Positions 25,898-39,330 of a stretch of 64,000 nt of DNA are shown piece by piece (the stretch's first letter is position 1; every line of letters begins with the position of its first letter). The stretch is from Takakia lepidozioides (Eukaryota > Plantae > Bryophyta). The stretch lies in NCBI GenBank assembly GCA_030704615.1, contig CM060734.1:51708001-51772000 (forward strand), written 5' to 3'. The notes beneath the pieces are model-generated. The model had not been told where the DNA came from. It did not search any database and saw only the letters and a program-made list of their open reading frames with translations. Made by a program: the position numbers and the translations under genes.

Positions 25898-28800
25898 TTA
25901 TGAGATGAGGGATCTGGCCGTGTCAGTGACGTTATCAACAGTGAAGCCATACGTTTTGAAGACATCCAAGTAACCACCGCTGGCTCCAAAGGTGTAGACC
26001 CCCAGAATTTGACCAGCAGGACCCACAAATTCCCTCCACCCAAGGGGAGAGCCTGCTTCCACACTGAGGCGCTTTTCCACAGAAGTGGGCAGTACTTGCT
26101 CCCTATAATCTTTTGGTTGGTCTTGAAAGATTTCCCAAGAAACGAGAGAAACGACTCGAATCCTCCTCCCTTCTTCACGCAAACGCTCTGCAGCTTTCTC
26201 GCACAGAACAAGCTCTGAACCTGTTCCAATCAATATCATATCAGGAAGGTTGCCCTCACCCGAGTTGTCGCTAATAACGTATCCCCCCTTTTCCACACCC
26301 TCAACTGATGTCCCGGCCAGGTTAGCCTCCACTTTCTGACGAGAGAGACACAGGGCAGTCGGTGCATGACGGCGAGAAATAGCCACTTTGTAAGCTCCTG
26401 CTGTTTCATTTCCATCCCCAGGTCGCAGCACAACCATTCCTGGAATAGCACGAAGTCCCGCCAATTGCTCGACAGGTTGATGAGTAGGCCCATCTTCCCC
26501 TAGCCCAATAGAGTCGTGTGTTAGGATATAAATGACTCCTGCTTCACTCAAAGCAGAGAGTCGCATCGCATTCTTCATGTAGTCAGAAAAAATGAGGAAG
26601 GTGGCAGCAATGGGGATGAGCCCACTGCCATGGAGCGCAAGTCCATTGGAAATACCGCCCATAGCATGCTCACGAATGCCATAGCGGACGTTACGGCCCG
26701 ATGGGCTGTCAGACTCAAAATCAAGCATGCCTTTGAGGTACACTTTATTGGAGCTGGCCAAATCAGCACTTCCGCCAAAGATCCCTGGCAACACTGAAGC
26801 TGCAGCATTCAAACACTTCTCGGAATAGCCTCTTGTTGCGTCCACTGGATCATTCTCTGCCCATCTCTGCATGTAGACACATAAGCTCAGTAAAATGTTC
26901 AGATTGTGTATATAACAAACCAAATCTCTACGCTATCCTGGCAGATGTAACAGCAGAAGCAGAATGAGCACAACCAGTAGTGGGAATACATTCTCTCCCT
27001 GGCCTCTTAACTTACTCCCGAGTTTCTTCTAGCACACTCTTCCACTTATGTCTTCACGTATCCACAGTTTGTATTCTTCACTAAACAGAGCATAAGGGCA
27101 TGGCAGTCAGAAAAAAGCTTCTGGTCAACACTTCATACAGGTAGAGATCTATCCCAGTCTGGAGGGAGGGTTCCACTGATCAGCTCCTTGAACTCTTTGC
27201 CCTCTTCTGGATACTTCTCCTCATAAGCTTTAACTGCAGCAGTCCATTCCTCCTCCAGCTGTGCACCATCTTTCCCCTTTTGGCCGAATTCCCTGCAACA
27301 ATATCACATCACCCGCTTGATGACATGATTTCTTGATCCATCCTTAAGAGATTTCTTATTCCACTCCCATGGGTATTTTCCTGACCTCTTGCTCTCTCTC
27401 CTGTAGATGTAATCTACATATCTATTAACACACTCATATCTAACGTGATCAGAGGAAGAAATTTTTTCCTCCGCCACATGTTAAACCCTGTTGTCGGGTG
27501 TCATACATAGGTTGGACCTGTTTGATGCAGAAAGAGTGATCATTAATCCTGATGATGTGAGGCAGACAGCTCAGAGTCTGTAGGTCCAAAAGATAGAAAC
27601 ATACTCATACACCTGGGGAATCACATAGAATGGGTCTCTATCAGTCCAGCCGACTTTTTCTCGCATCTGCTTCACATCCTCCTGATCAAAGGTTCCATGG
27701 TGTGCTTTTGCTGTACCCTCCTTCACGGATAGGCGCCCTATTGAAGTCTTCACCTATTCTCATCCCCCTCCCATGTGCACCGGTCAACAATTGTTTGATG
27801 ATATCATGAAACTGGACATTGACAAGTAATCAACATCCTCTTCAAAACAACAAAACTCGAGAACCAGCATGCTGACCTGGATAAATGTAGGCATGCCTGT
27901 ATTCATTGATTCGACCGCGAGGGCATCCTTCAAAGAATTGATATCCTTATAGGGATTGTCAATGTCACTGCAGTTCCAGCCGAGAGCCTTGAAACGGGCT
28001 CCTACATCCTCAGAGAAAGCTAGTGAGGTGCTACCATCAATAGTGTTATGGTTGTCATCATAAATCACTGTCAACTTATCGAGTTTCAAATGACCCGCCA
28101 ATGATGCAGCCTCATTTGAGATTCCCTCCATGGCACATCCATCCCCCATGATGCAGTACCTGCAACACCACATGCAAGGAGGGCTACTGAACATCAGAGT
28201 TTGCCAATGTTGTGGATCACAGTAAAATCCTTTCCCACAGAGAATGCTCAGGCAATGTCACATTAATATGCAGGTCAAACTGCTATCAGGTATGAAGATG
28301 CAGAAGTGATGCCCACTGGTTTCAGCATCACCAGAAGAGTCTCATCCCCATCAACAAGTGTACACTTTGCACTATCCCTGAAGGCTACTGCAAATAGCCA
28401 CAAAACAATGAGTGTTCTGTGCAATACTGTAACTCTTCCATGTCTACTGTCAGACCCACCTCCACAGAGACTGACCAATACAGAACTCTAAAGAGAAACA
28501 CGTTTCAAATGAAAAGTCTATGGATTGTGCCCACGTTCGGTGATCCACAATAACCGCATCAGGCTTGTTGTAGCGAGCTGCCAGGTGCTTCTCAGCCAGC
28601 GCCAACCCAACTGCATTTGCCACTCCTTGTCCCAAAGGACCTGGACCATCCAAGTTTTCATTTGGATTAGTTCCTGACTAGGTTTCCAACATTTGCCTCT
28701 CTCCACCTGCAGTTGAGGGTTGCATGAACTGATCACTCTCCAAGATCACTGAATTCAATCAACCATTAGATGAAAGGATGCTTGGTTCCAAGCAGATAGC

Positions 28801-30981
28801 TTCATGATGTGGGAAGGATGTGAACAGGAGACAGACCAGTGGTGACTTCAATGCCAGCTGTGGTAACATTCTCAGGGTGGCCTGGAGTGCGACTGCCTAG
28901 CTGACACAGCCTCTTCAGGTCCTCTATCTGCCCGTCAAACATACCCCATACCAACCCATCCAATTCAGGCCATGCTAATGTCGCCAACAATGTGCTTCCT
29001 TCGTGCAATCCTGTCATTCAATTGGTGCAGTGCTCATCACTTCCAGCTGGATGTCCAACCACAAACCCACTGGTATCTAAAAAGCACATACATATTCCCC
29101 CCACAAAGAGAAAAAGACAGCCAGATTGTGATCTTCCAATTCATCAGTTCAGTTGCCTTGACAAACCGTGAATTCATGTTGTTTCATAGAGAAACAAAGG
29201 AAGGAACACAGAGGCCCACTGGACAGGGAAGAACTATCCAGAACTTCTTCAGAATACATCAAGTGTCACCCAAAGATGAAATGCCTCAAGAAGAAGGGAA
29301 GCTTTGTCTCAGCTGCACAACTGAGAGTTGAAATTTTTTTCAAATTCACACCAAAAATTAGGTGTCCTTAGATAGTTTTCATGATACTTGTCTGATAAAC
29401 AACTTCACATAGTGTGTGCGTGTTTGTGCATGATCATGCGTGAGCGAGAGCGACAAAATAGTACGCGCGAAAGAAAGCAAGAATCTTATTACAGAGCAAG
29501 AGAGAGAACCTGGATGGAGTCGTAGCCAGCCAGATGTAAGCAGATATACTGAAGAAGGCAGCCATGGCCAGCACTAAGTACAAAGCGGTCACGGTTGAAC
29601 CATTTGGGGTTTTGTGGGTTGTACTTCATGGCATGTGACCAGAGCACATAGCCCACCTCTGCCATGCCCATGGGCAGCCCTGGATGACCAGCCTTGGCAG
29701 TATTCACCGAGTCTATTGTAAGCATGCGCATGTTGTTCACACAGCACTGGTCGATCTGAGATTGCACCCATGCAGGGTCGCGCCACAGTTCCTCTTTCTC
29801 TGCCACCTAACATCAATTCAGAGTTGGTTAAAGCTCATTTGAAACCACCTGGAGCAGGACTCTTGTGGAGCTTAGGTGTTGAGCTTACTGGACGCCATGT
29901 TCATCGTATCACTACATTCAACAACAGGTTGGAGCATTATCCGAATAGTAGTATGTAGTCAACGGAGCAAGCTTTTCTCATCTCTCATCGCAATTGTAAA
30001 TTTTCCTTCTCTCGAACTAACAAAAATAGCGAATTAGAAGTTTTAGCTCGGTGATCACCTCGGGGCTCAATATTCGACTGATCTCATCCTTCCAGGATTG
30101 AACCCGATCTTGGTTTCCGTGGCTCCCCTTTCCATTTACGATTTGTGACGGCACACTTGTACCTACTTGCCTGCTGGGCTGGCCAGCTTTGACTTGTTCC
30201 TCTTTCAAGGTCTCTATTTCTCGATAGTCGGCGCGAACTCCCTTACGCCATCCCGAGGTAGGCCTCTGAGAGGTAGCAGGAATGCGCTTACAGAGGCTGA
30301 AGACACCTGTTTGTTGCCACTCCCCTCTCAGCGTGTAGGCTCCCTGGCGCAGGAATTCAACCAAATCACCAGGCTTAGCAAGTCTTCAGGTACGAAATCT
30401 TGCTTAAACGACAAGCCGGCTTCAGTGATTTCACACCACTGTTCAAGTTTGTATACAGACTGCCGATAAAGATATACATCCAGCATGTGTTTATCAGTGC
30501 AACCCACTCCAGAACAAGATGATACAATTGCAAAGACAAAAGTCACGATTCGATAGTCTGCACAATGCTCGAAGTTGCCAGCAATGTCTTCCACCAGGAT
30601 TTGGGTCAATCTCCTCCTATCACTGAAATCTATCTGAAGGATTCATAATTTTTCGAAAGACTTGACACTAAGAAAGATTCGATGGCTTGAAAAGCGTGCT
30701 GGAATGTTCACGCGAAATGACCTTCTGTAATCTATTCGCAGTCTCTACTTTTCTTCCATTTACTCTGCTCTATCTCCAAAATGTTGGAAAGGGGTTCACA
30801 CAATTCAATCCAGCATCGTCTTTGACCCACAAAACCAGACATGACTCCAACTAACCTTGTGAAAACTGGGAATAGTGGCCACTGAAGACCGACGTTGGAC
30901 ACCCTGCTTGCTCCATCCCTGACAAATCCAGCCACCCTGCAACATTCCAGCCTGAGACAGCACTACAGTGGTGGCACCCAT
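25898..30981 (-). CDS. TKL: Transketolase, probably plastid-targeted (multi-exon)
   Basis: [66 protein letters not shown]. Core exons ~29806-29510, 28928-28838, 28640-28534, 28159-27877, 27753-27605, 27292-27141 and 26866-25898. The putative transit-peptide exons (~30981-30856 and ~30343-30168) are inferred from in-frame GT/AG sites and are less certain. Confidence 0.92.
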
Positions 30982-31336
30982 CCTCCTTGTCTGAGGATGG
31001 TACAATGCGCCGATCTACAGACCAACCCAAAACTCAAAATTCGAATCGACTCTATCCCTGTCTGCTTGCATGTGGATCAGAGTGGACGAGACCAACAGCT
31101 CGCAGTTGATCGAATTAGCTTCACAACGTCGCAGAGTGTAGAGATTTGAAGAAGAGAGAGAGCAAGACACAGACACATGAGGAAGAAGGTGGACTGTTGC
31201 AACACGAGGCATTCCGACTCCTGCCAGGTGGCACTTCCTTGCTTTCCCATCCTCGCCACGTTGCAATCCTCTCGACTCAGAAGTAGCCAAGTGTGATGGC
31301 TAAATTACTGACAACTGGACTCGTGACTTCCAATTG

Positions 31337-32110
31337 TTTTTTTAGTTTGTTTTAGTTTTTATTATTTTTATTTATTTCTTTTTCTGAAAATGGCCTGAGA
31401 TAGGCCAGGTATATTAAAAATGAGGAAAAAATAACCTCATATGACAGGCCAGGAGGCTGAGAAAAGGGGACACTGCCCCCTAACTAAATTAGGAAGACCA
31501 AAAACGGATCTACGGCAAAGCTAGACCTGAAGCTGGGGTAACTAGAAAGAAACTGAGAGCTAAGGCTAGGAATCAGAGGTTGCCCCTCTTAGCCGAGTTG
31601 TTGTCAAAAGCAGAGAGTAGTTGCATTCTCCTTCCTTGTGAGCATCTAGGAACAGCTGCACAGATCATAGACCAGGCTTTCCTGGTTTTAGACATAAGGT
31701 TAGAGTGAATCCTATGCAAAATGACCCTAGCACATGGAGACTTCTCATCATAGACCGAGGAACATCTGGATTTCCAGATGTTCCATAAAGTGTGAGCACG
31801 AAGGGCTGCCCACTGAGAACAGTGGCTCCAAATAACGAGAGAGGAAACATTCAAAAGCAGAAGAGAAGAAAGAATGGAGTTGTTGGGATTCCAGGTAGAA
31901 TAGAAATGAAGAACCATCCTCCAGACCAGGGAAGGAGCTTGCAAAGTAGAAGACAATGCTCATGAATCGTTTCAGATGACCCGTTGTAATAGCATGAACA
32001 GATCCCCAAGTCATCTGAGATGAACCGAAAAACAGGGAGAATTTTGTTTGCTACTTTCCAGAGGAAAGCAAAGATTTTCGCCGCTCTATCTTTCCTCCAA
32101 ATACCTGCTT
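31337..32110 (-). mobile_element. 5'-truncated LINE (L1-like ORF2 3' end with A-rich tail)
   Basis: zf-RVT-like KIFAFLWKVANKILPV..CSC...ETIHEHCLLLC, then TLWNIWKSRC. The T-rich tract at 31337-31384 is an A-rich tail on the minus strand. Confidence 0.72.
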
Positions 32111-32659
32111 CAAAGATTCCCAATCAATTCCTCGCAACTCACTTTTGAATCTAGTCATTCCTCCCATCGCCCGTAGTTTTGGAATGACACTACAAATCTC
32201 TTCTTCATCAGCTTCTCCAACCACAGTAGGAAGGACTGGATTTGGAATTTCACTTATGTCATCATCGAACAAATCCGAAAGCTCAACTATTGGAGTGGAT
32301 GACGTCTGTTCTTTTTTCACCACCACCTCCTTCTTGTCTTCAACGACCGAAGCAGCAGTCCCGGGCGTCACATATGATCCAAGGGACTTTCGCCGAGGCT
32401 CTCCAAGTACTCTGTATCGACCAGGGCGCACTCTCCACTCGCTGACATGAGCCGTCTCATCACAGTTTTGGAAAGAGTATTTCAACAACTTCCCTTTCAA
32501 ATCGTACACCTCTTTCTCCAAAAAGATGGAGCCATTCTGAAGCTGGAAATGGGTAGCCAATACATGTTCCAGAACAATTGCAAATCCATTGTCAAGGACT
32601 TCCTGGGAGAACGGCACTGGTTTGTCGTCAGAGAAAAACTCCGCTTCAGAGGAAGCCAT
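32110..32659 (-). pseudogene. N-terminal fragment of a MULE transposase, fused to the LINE fragment
   Basis: DNGFAIVLEHVLATHFQLQNGSIFLEKEVYD aligns with element B DQGFAIVTEQYLCVKFGLRPGTVFLEEETKD. SVIPKLRAM..KSELRGIDW aligns with SVIDILRRM..SSDLLRLDY. Confidence 0.7.
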
Positions 32660-33517
32660 CTTCCTTCCTCGCGTACGTTGATACCTTGCTATTGCAGACC
32701 TTCAGTGTAAATCGGTTTACTGATGTCTCCAGAACACAGTTGAAGAATGAGCAGAGAATATGGCGGAGGAAGCTCAAACGACGACTGTGCATATTCTGTT
32801 ATTCCTTCCAGATATGCAGCCGTCCATTTTAATTACTTTTTTGTGGGCCCTGTGGTCAGAGTATCCCTAGGAGCAATGTCGGCAGCTGTTAAACCGTTAA
32901 TCAGAACCTCATCAATAAACACAATAACAAGCCGACTTCCTGGAAGCATGCCACAGGATCTGAGGGTGGGATTGCAGATTAGTAAATGCATCTTTATACT
33001 ACTACCAATGATCATGCGCACCTGGAAAGTTCAAAATGTGAAACGAACGTGGGGTTGGCTAACAAGGATGAACGTGTATGATATCCCAAAATTTGTATCA
33101 AACTCTCGTTCATTTACATATATTTGTCTAAGACTGTGCGCCAAGATTTCTGGGATTTGCTGTTATTTTTAAATATTGAAACCGTTCTGATAAAGAACAC
33201 GCCGTTTATTTTGGTCGACACACGTCAGACATTGATAACTATATTGAATACAAACAGCTGTACACTAATTGCTGGCATGTGCACTAATAAGGGAATGACT
33301 ATGTGTAAAGGTCACGCGAGAGGGAATCTGATGCTTCTAGAGACAAGCCACAACGCACGCAATCCCGCAAGAAATCGGGAGTCACTTCGTTTTTCTACTT
33401 TTCGCGCTTAGAGGGAGAGTGGTAGTCAAGCTGGAGAGGGTTCCTTCTACAATACGAAAGAGAAGAAAGTCTCTTTATTTTACTTCCTTTAGAGAGAGAC
33501 GCAGAGCAAGAGAGCAA

Positions 33518-36500
33518 ATGACGAGGCGTCGTTTGTTGGAGAACACAGGGCCAAGGCAGCAGGTAAACGCGGAGACTGATTCACAAGAGCAGACCGAGAT
33601 TGAGGCAGCGGCTGTGACACAGTTGGCGATAACAGTGCGCGTTGGAAACCAACCTGTGGATGCAGAGATGACTCGTAGGGAAACTGAAGGAGATGGAAGT
33701 ACGAGGAACGCTGAATCGGGAGAAGGTCCAGAAACCCTAGAGCAGACAGAAATTCCAGCAAATGTGAGAGGGAGAGGAAAGTTGCAAAAGGGGATCCAAT
33801 TTCAAAACCTAAGAAGGCGCCCGTAAGTGTTCTCTAACTTCCATTTCATTGTTGAAGATCTGCGTAGAGATTGAGTGGAATGTCCCAGAAATGGATTGTC
33901 GCTACCGACCATCACCATGAAACAACGGTGATTTGCTTTCTACTCCTCTGTTAAGGGTTTCCCGCAGTGGGTGACTGACGGTACCGTCATTCACTGTTGT
34001 TCAGATCATACAGTCTGTCTGATTGCCTTTCAAGCAATCCTTCATCTTCCCTTCTTTAGCAGGAACATGTGATTGAAGTCTACTGAATTGCGAGCGTCGT
34101 TAACGCCATTCGATTCTCTTCATGAGATTTATGTACCTATGTGTTTGAAGAGAGAGTGAGGGTCGGCATATTCAGTCATATTGTTTTGCAATGCATTTTC
34201 TTTGTTTGAGGTTGAACAGATAGAGAAGTGGAAAGGCGGTACTGCCAATCAAAGATTTGAAGACCATACTGTAGATTCAGGTAGAGTATCGATTCGAAAG
34301 TACTCTCGACATAGACAAGAAACAGTGAATGCTTGCGACGTTCATCATAATGGAGTCAATCTGAATAATCTGCACTTACTGTCCGTCCTAAACTATACTG
34401 AGTGTCGTTGCCGCCAATCACTTACACATATATGTCATTGCACAACACCGATCCGGCAGGTCCCACTCTTTTGTGATTGTCGTTAACGCCGTTCGCTCTT
34501 GCTCAAAACCTTTCTGTTCCTGTGTCCCTAGAATCATAGTGTTTTGTTTTGAATTCGGCAGGATCAGCTTTGCTTGTGTAGATGGTTCTGAATTTGTTTC
34601 ACACCATTCATTGTGAGTTGAGACAAGACAGAGTGATGGTCGTTACCGCCGTTCACTATTTGCACATTACTCAGTCAGATTTGAATGGCATCGTGCAGAA
34701 AACTGTGAGGTCCAAGCCTACAGGATCAGAGGGGAAAGGATCTGGAGATGGGGACGAGTCTGGAAAAAGCTCAGAGAATAGCGATGAAGCAGATGAATCT
34801 GAAGTGCACTACCTTGACAAGGTGAAAGAACTCATGTCATTCCAGAAGGTAAACTCTCAGGAGGTTATAAGGGACATGCTCGTATCTGGAGGGCGTCTGG
34901 ACATCCCTCTATGCCGGATGATATCTATGCCTGTTGTGCGTCCACCTCTTTCCCATGACATAACAAAATTGGAGAGTGATTTCGTGCATGGATACAGACT
35001 TGGTGCACAAGTTTTTTATGTGTCACTGACGGATACAAATGGGAAAACACATTAGTGTCTCCAGAGATCAGTGATACCTGGGATGAGTGCTGGAAAGATG
35101 CTAATGAGGAGTTCGAGCTGGGCCTCATGATGGGAAAGAACACCCAGCAATTCTGCAACCACATGTTCTACGTCTGGGACGGCAACCACCGATTGCTGGC
35201 ATGGATGGGATACATTCAGAAACATCATGCGAAAGACAAAGACAAGCATGTTGCTGTGGAGGCAATGGTTTTGGATCCTGGAAACGACATCGCTAGGCTT
35301 CTTACAGCTATGCACGACGTGAACAAGTAAGTCATCCTAGAGACTTCATTCCCTCTGTAGTGTTTGTTAATCCCAAAAAACAGTGTTAAGGAATGCAATG
35401 TTTCCAATGTTTTTGCAGATCGACAGAGAAATCGCATGTGACAACAAGCTTGGTCCACACACTATTCCGAATTCAGAGGATTGGTCTGATGAAGCTGGAT
35501 GATTTTCGGACAGTACTCCCCCCAATATAATCAAGAAGTGCGAAACAGGAAGAGCTGCAGGCACTTGGTATTCTTTGACTCGAGAGGCGTTTCTGGAGTA
35601 CATGTATGCGGTAAGCCCGAGTCTGTACTCAGTTTACTTTTCGAATACATGTTTGTAGTTCCTTCGGTGCTAATCACTATTTGAATCAATGCAGCAAGAA
35701 CTGGCAGAGGCAGCTGAGAAGGAAAATCCGAATATTACCACACTACACCAAAGGAACTAAGGACATCAAAGGGTGTGGAAGCAGCAATAAAGAAGGAGTT
35801 TGAAATGCGAAGAACCAAATTGATGTCCGCCTTCGGAAAGCAGCTTAGAATAGTAGATCCTGGACTTGGTTCTGAGTTCCTTCAGCAGATCAAATCTCAC
35901 TATGACAAGCATGTGCATCCGGAGATGCAGTAGGAGAAATTGCACCGGCTGGCCATATCCATGGTCGACCCACAAACAAAAATAAGGTGGCTGGAGATAT
36001 GGAACTCAGATCAGACAGTAAAGGACTTGAATCAGTTCCCAAAGAGCACCATACAGCCTGGCACAAAGGTGGAAGGAATCAGTGATTTGGTGTTTGATAA
36101 CTGGCTCCACAAGGCTACATTTTGGATTCAGGTGTGTATTCAAATAAGCCGTTTTATTTTCTTCAATTATGTTATGAGTATCTTATTTGCAAAACTGACA
36201 AATATACAATTTGCAGCTCGAAAAACGCGTCGTCATTGTGCTGGATCAGACTTTGAAGGACTTGAACATTTCGATTGTTTCCCCCCCAAATGTCATTGGA
36301 GGCATAATAAGGAAGTGGAGAGGTCTCACCTGGAGATACTGTTTTTTCCGGGAGTTCTCCAAAGATGGTAACATTTTACGGTCCAACGACTTTGACAGTC
36401 AGGTTGGAGGAGAGTGGGCCATGATGCGAGTTGTGTACAGGTGCAATATCATACTGGAAACTCTACTTCACTTTTTGGAAATAATTAGGCTTCATAAGGA

Positions 36501-39330
36501 TTGTAATCATAGATCCAAATTGAATGTCGTTGACGACATTCACTTCTTTGTCTGAATCATTCTTAAGCGAGAATTTGAATTCACCTGGATTAGGAGCTTA
36601 GGGTGTATTTATAGTGTCCCTGATTAGAATTGATAATGTCCCTGAATGGCGTTGACGACATTCACATCCAGAGTTGTTAAGAGGTCCTCAGAGATATGTA
36701 AGTTTTTGTAATGTCCATAGAGTTTACAGTGAGGGTTCCTCACTCCAGTTTGCTGAATGTCAATGCAGACATTCAGTTGTTCTGCAATTCTTTTACTCTT
36801 GCGAGAAATCTTGAGGCTTGATTAGCTGTGTTATCAGAGATCCAAAGTGAATGTCGTTGACGACATTCACTTCTATGTCTGTGTCATTCACCAGCGACAA
36901 TTTGAATTTACATGGATTAGGAGCTTAGGGTGTATTTATTGGTTCCTTGTTCGGAATTTTGTGAATGGCGTTGACGCCATTCACATCCAGTGTTATTATG
37001 AGGTCCTCAGTGTTATGTACGTTTTGAATGTCCATTGAGTTTTTAGGGAGGGTTCCTTACTCGAGTTTCTGAATGTCGTTGCCGACATTCAGTTTCCATC
37101 CAATGATTTTGCCTCTTTTGAGAAATCATTAGGCTTGATTAGCAGTGTATTCACAAATCCAAAGTGAATGACGTTGACGACATTCACTTCTATGTCTGTG
37201 TCATTCCAAAGCGAGAGTTTGCATTCACGTGGATTAGGGTGTATTTGCAGTATCATTGAATGAAATTTTTTGAATGGCGTTGACGACATTCACATCCAGA
37301 GCTGTCGCGTGGTCCTGAGAGCTCCTGGAGCAGTTCTCAGAGCCATTTCATTCCTTGTTTTTTTCATTTGTGCTACTTGCATCTTACTCACTTCGCGCTT
37401 TGGTGGGTTGGGATTTATCTCTTGTTTAACAGGTACACGAAATATGTGCTTATGGAAGGAAATCACCTGAGCGGTATTCCAGACTATCTTGACATGTGGT
37501 CGGACCCGCAAACGATCCAACCATGTATACTGCAGGGATATTGAAGGACTGGAGTCCTTCTCACTTCAGAGACTGTGGCTGGTACCTTGACTGCCCACCG
37601 GAGCACACGACCTTTCAAGAACAGCACATGAAATATTTGAACAATAATGCTGAGATGCTGGCGCCTCTGACTGACGAGCAGTACCAAAGAAACATAGCAA
37701 CATTGGCTGCCAAGGAGCCTGATGCTCAGGAAACGCCGCAGAAGGGAAAGAAGGCGGGCCGCAAACCAAAAGACAAGGCTCCTGATGTCATAGCCATCTC
37801 ACCAGCAAAGCCAAAGGACAAAGACAAGTCCAAAGAGAAGGAAAAGGAAAAGGACAAGGGGAAGGAGAAAGAAAAGGAGATGGGAAGGAAAAAGAGGTGG
37901 CAGGACTTCACTGCTGGAAGATATACCCGCACAGTTCAGTGCGTGTTCGATGCCAAGCCACACCCTTCCCGTTCTGATTCGGCAGGAGAGATTAAAATTG
38001 TCAATGAGGGTTGGCTGGCGATGATGCAGAGTCGAAAGAGAGGATACACTGGGGTGCCTTCGCCTACCTGGGACAACATAATCTCATTCCTCAATCTGGT
38101 GAGGATTCCAGTTTCTTTCCTTTTTCTCTGAAAGTTTCATTGGCAGTATTTTTTCAGTCTGGTTCTTTGAAAACATTCTTGCCATCGTTCTTAAAATAAA
38201 CATGTCTGTTGCAGGTGAGCACTGGTCCCACCTTCGTGTGCGGTGTGCAGAAAACATATGCGGCTGACATTGTCATTCTCGACATCCCGGATGGCCAGGC
38301 TGTGCCAGAAGTTCTTCCAAAGGGCAAGACGCCAGGCTGGAACAAATTCGAGGACAACTACTGGAGTTGGGTGTTCGGGTTCTGTAATAATTTCCTCTCT
38401 GATGAGGGACACTTCTGCTTTTTCAGTCATGTGACAAAGATAGTCGTCGGGCATTGGCATCATACCTGAAGTCTTCAGGGTTTGAAGTTTTGCGCACATG
38501 GAATTGTGTGAACAGCCTCTACTTGTGAAAGGGGTTTCCCTGGTCAGCTGGTATGCCGTCTCCCTTCTGCTTGTGCTTTCATGATGAGTTTCAATGTTCT
38601 CTGCAGCTCCACTCTAGAAGAATCTGTCATGATCGACACCGATCATCACCGATTCGTGATAAAAATGATTGTTTTATGCCTGAGTTCTGAATAGCCGATG
38701 TACACACTTCCACTATAGATTGTGTTTACCACACTAACCTGCTATCTTTGGCAGACGAGGATGTTCGAGGCGATCTGCCTGCGGAGGATTTCGCACCTCA
38801 AGACACCATCCTCCATCCGCAGCTTTGAGATTTTTGACCAGGGTTGTTTCGTCAACCCCCCCTATGAGCCGCATGTCGATGACATTTTGTACAACTTCAT
38901 GCAGTCCAGTCAGACTCTGAAGAGACCAGATGGCACTCCCTGGAGAGGTGCAAAGAAAAATCCCCAGCGTTCATGCAAATACTGCTGGAGTCATGCAGCC
39001 ACCACTCTGCACGGGTGGTCGATCTTTCTGTGTCCACATGTTCGTTCTCTCCCTTCCGAATTGATTTTCTTTCACCAGTTCCATCTGCTTAAATCCCCCC
39101 CACCAAACTGTTCATGTCCTCCTGTCTGGTGCAGGAGCAACTTACCATGCATGCAAGGCAGGCGAAGAAGCCTTTTTTGGCATGGAGGGTGATTCTGACC
39201 TCTACAACACAGTGCTCCTCCCCCTTTTTGTCTGGCTCCACTTCAGGCACATAGACTGATCGGATTCAAATTCGAAATGATGACGATCCCGAAGATAAGC
39301 AGGTCGACAACGACTTTTCATATGAAGTAA
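33518..39330 (+). pseudogene. ParB/Srx-like + beta-class N4/N6 methyltransferase-like gene, copy A (spliced, several frameshifts)
   Basis: DIPLCRM...FYVWDGNHRLLAW (34900-35205); ADIVILDIPDG (38260-38295); FMQILLESCSHHSARVVDLSVST|GATYHACK..FGMEGDSDLY (38970-39210). Exon-by-exon similarity to 53298-58061. Start codon uncertain. Confidence 0.72.
36510..37310. repeat. Intronic ~320-bp tandem repeat (about 2.5 units) with about 8 copies of the palindrome GAATGTCGTTGACGACATTC
   Basis: Units start near 36513, 36840 and 37157. Palindrome copies near 36521, 36643, 36755 (degenerate), 36848, 36962, 37071, 37165 and 37271. Confidence 0.85.
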
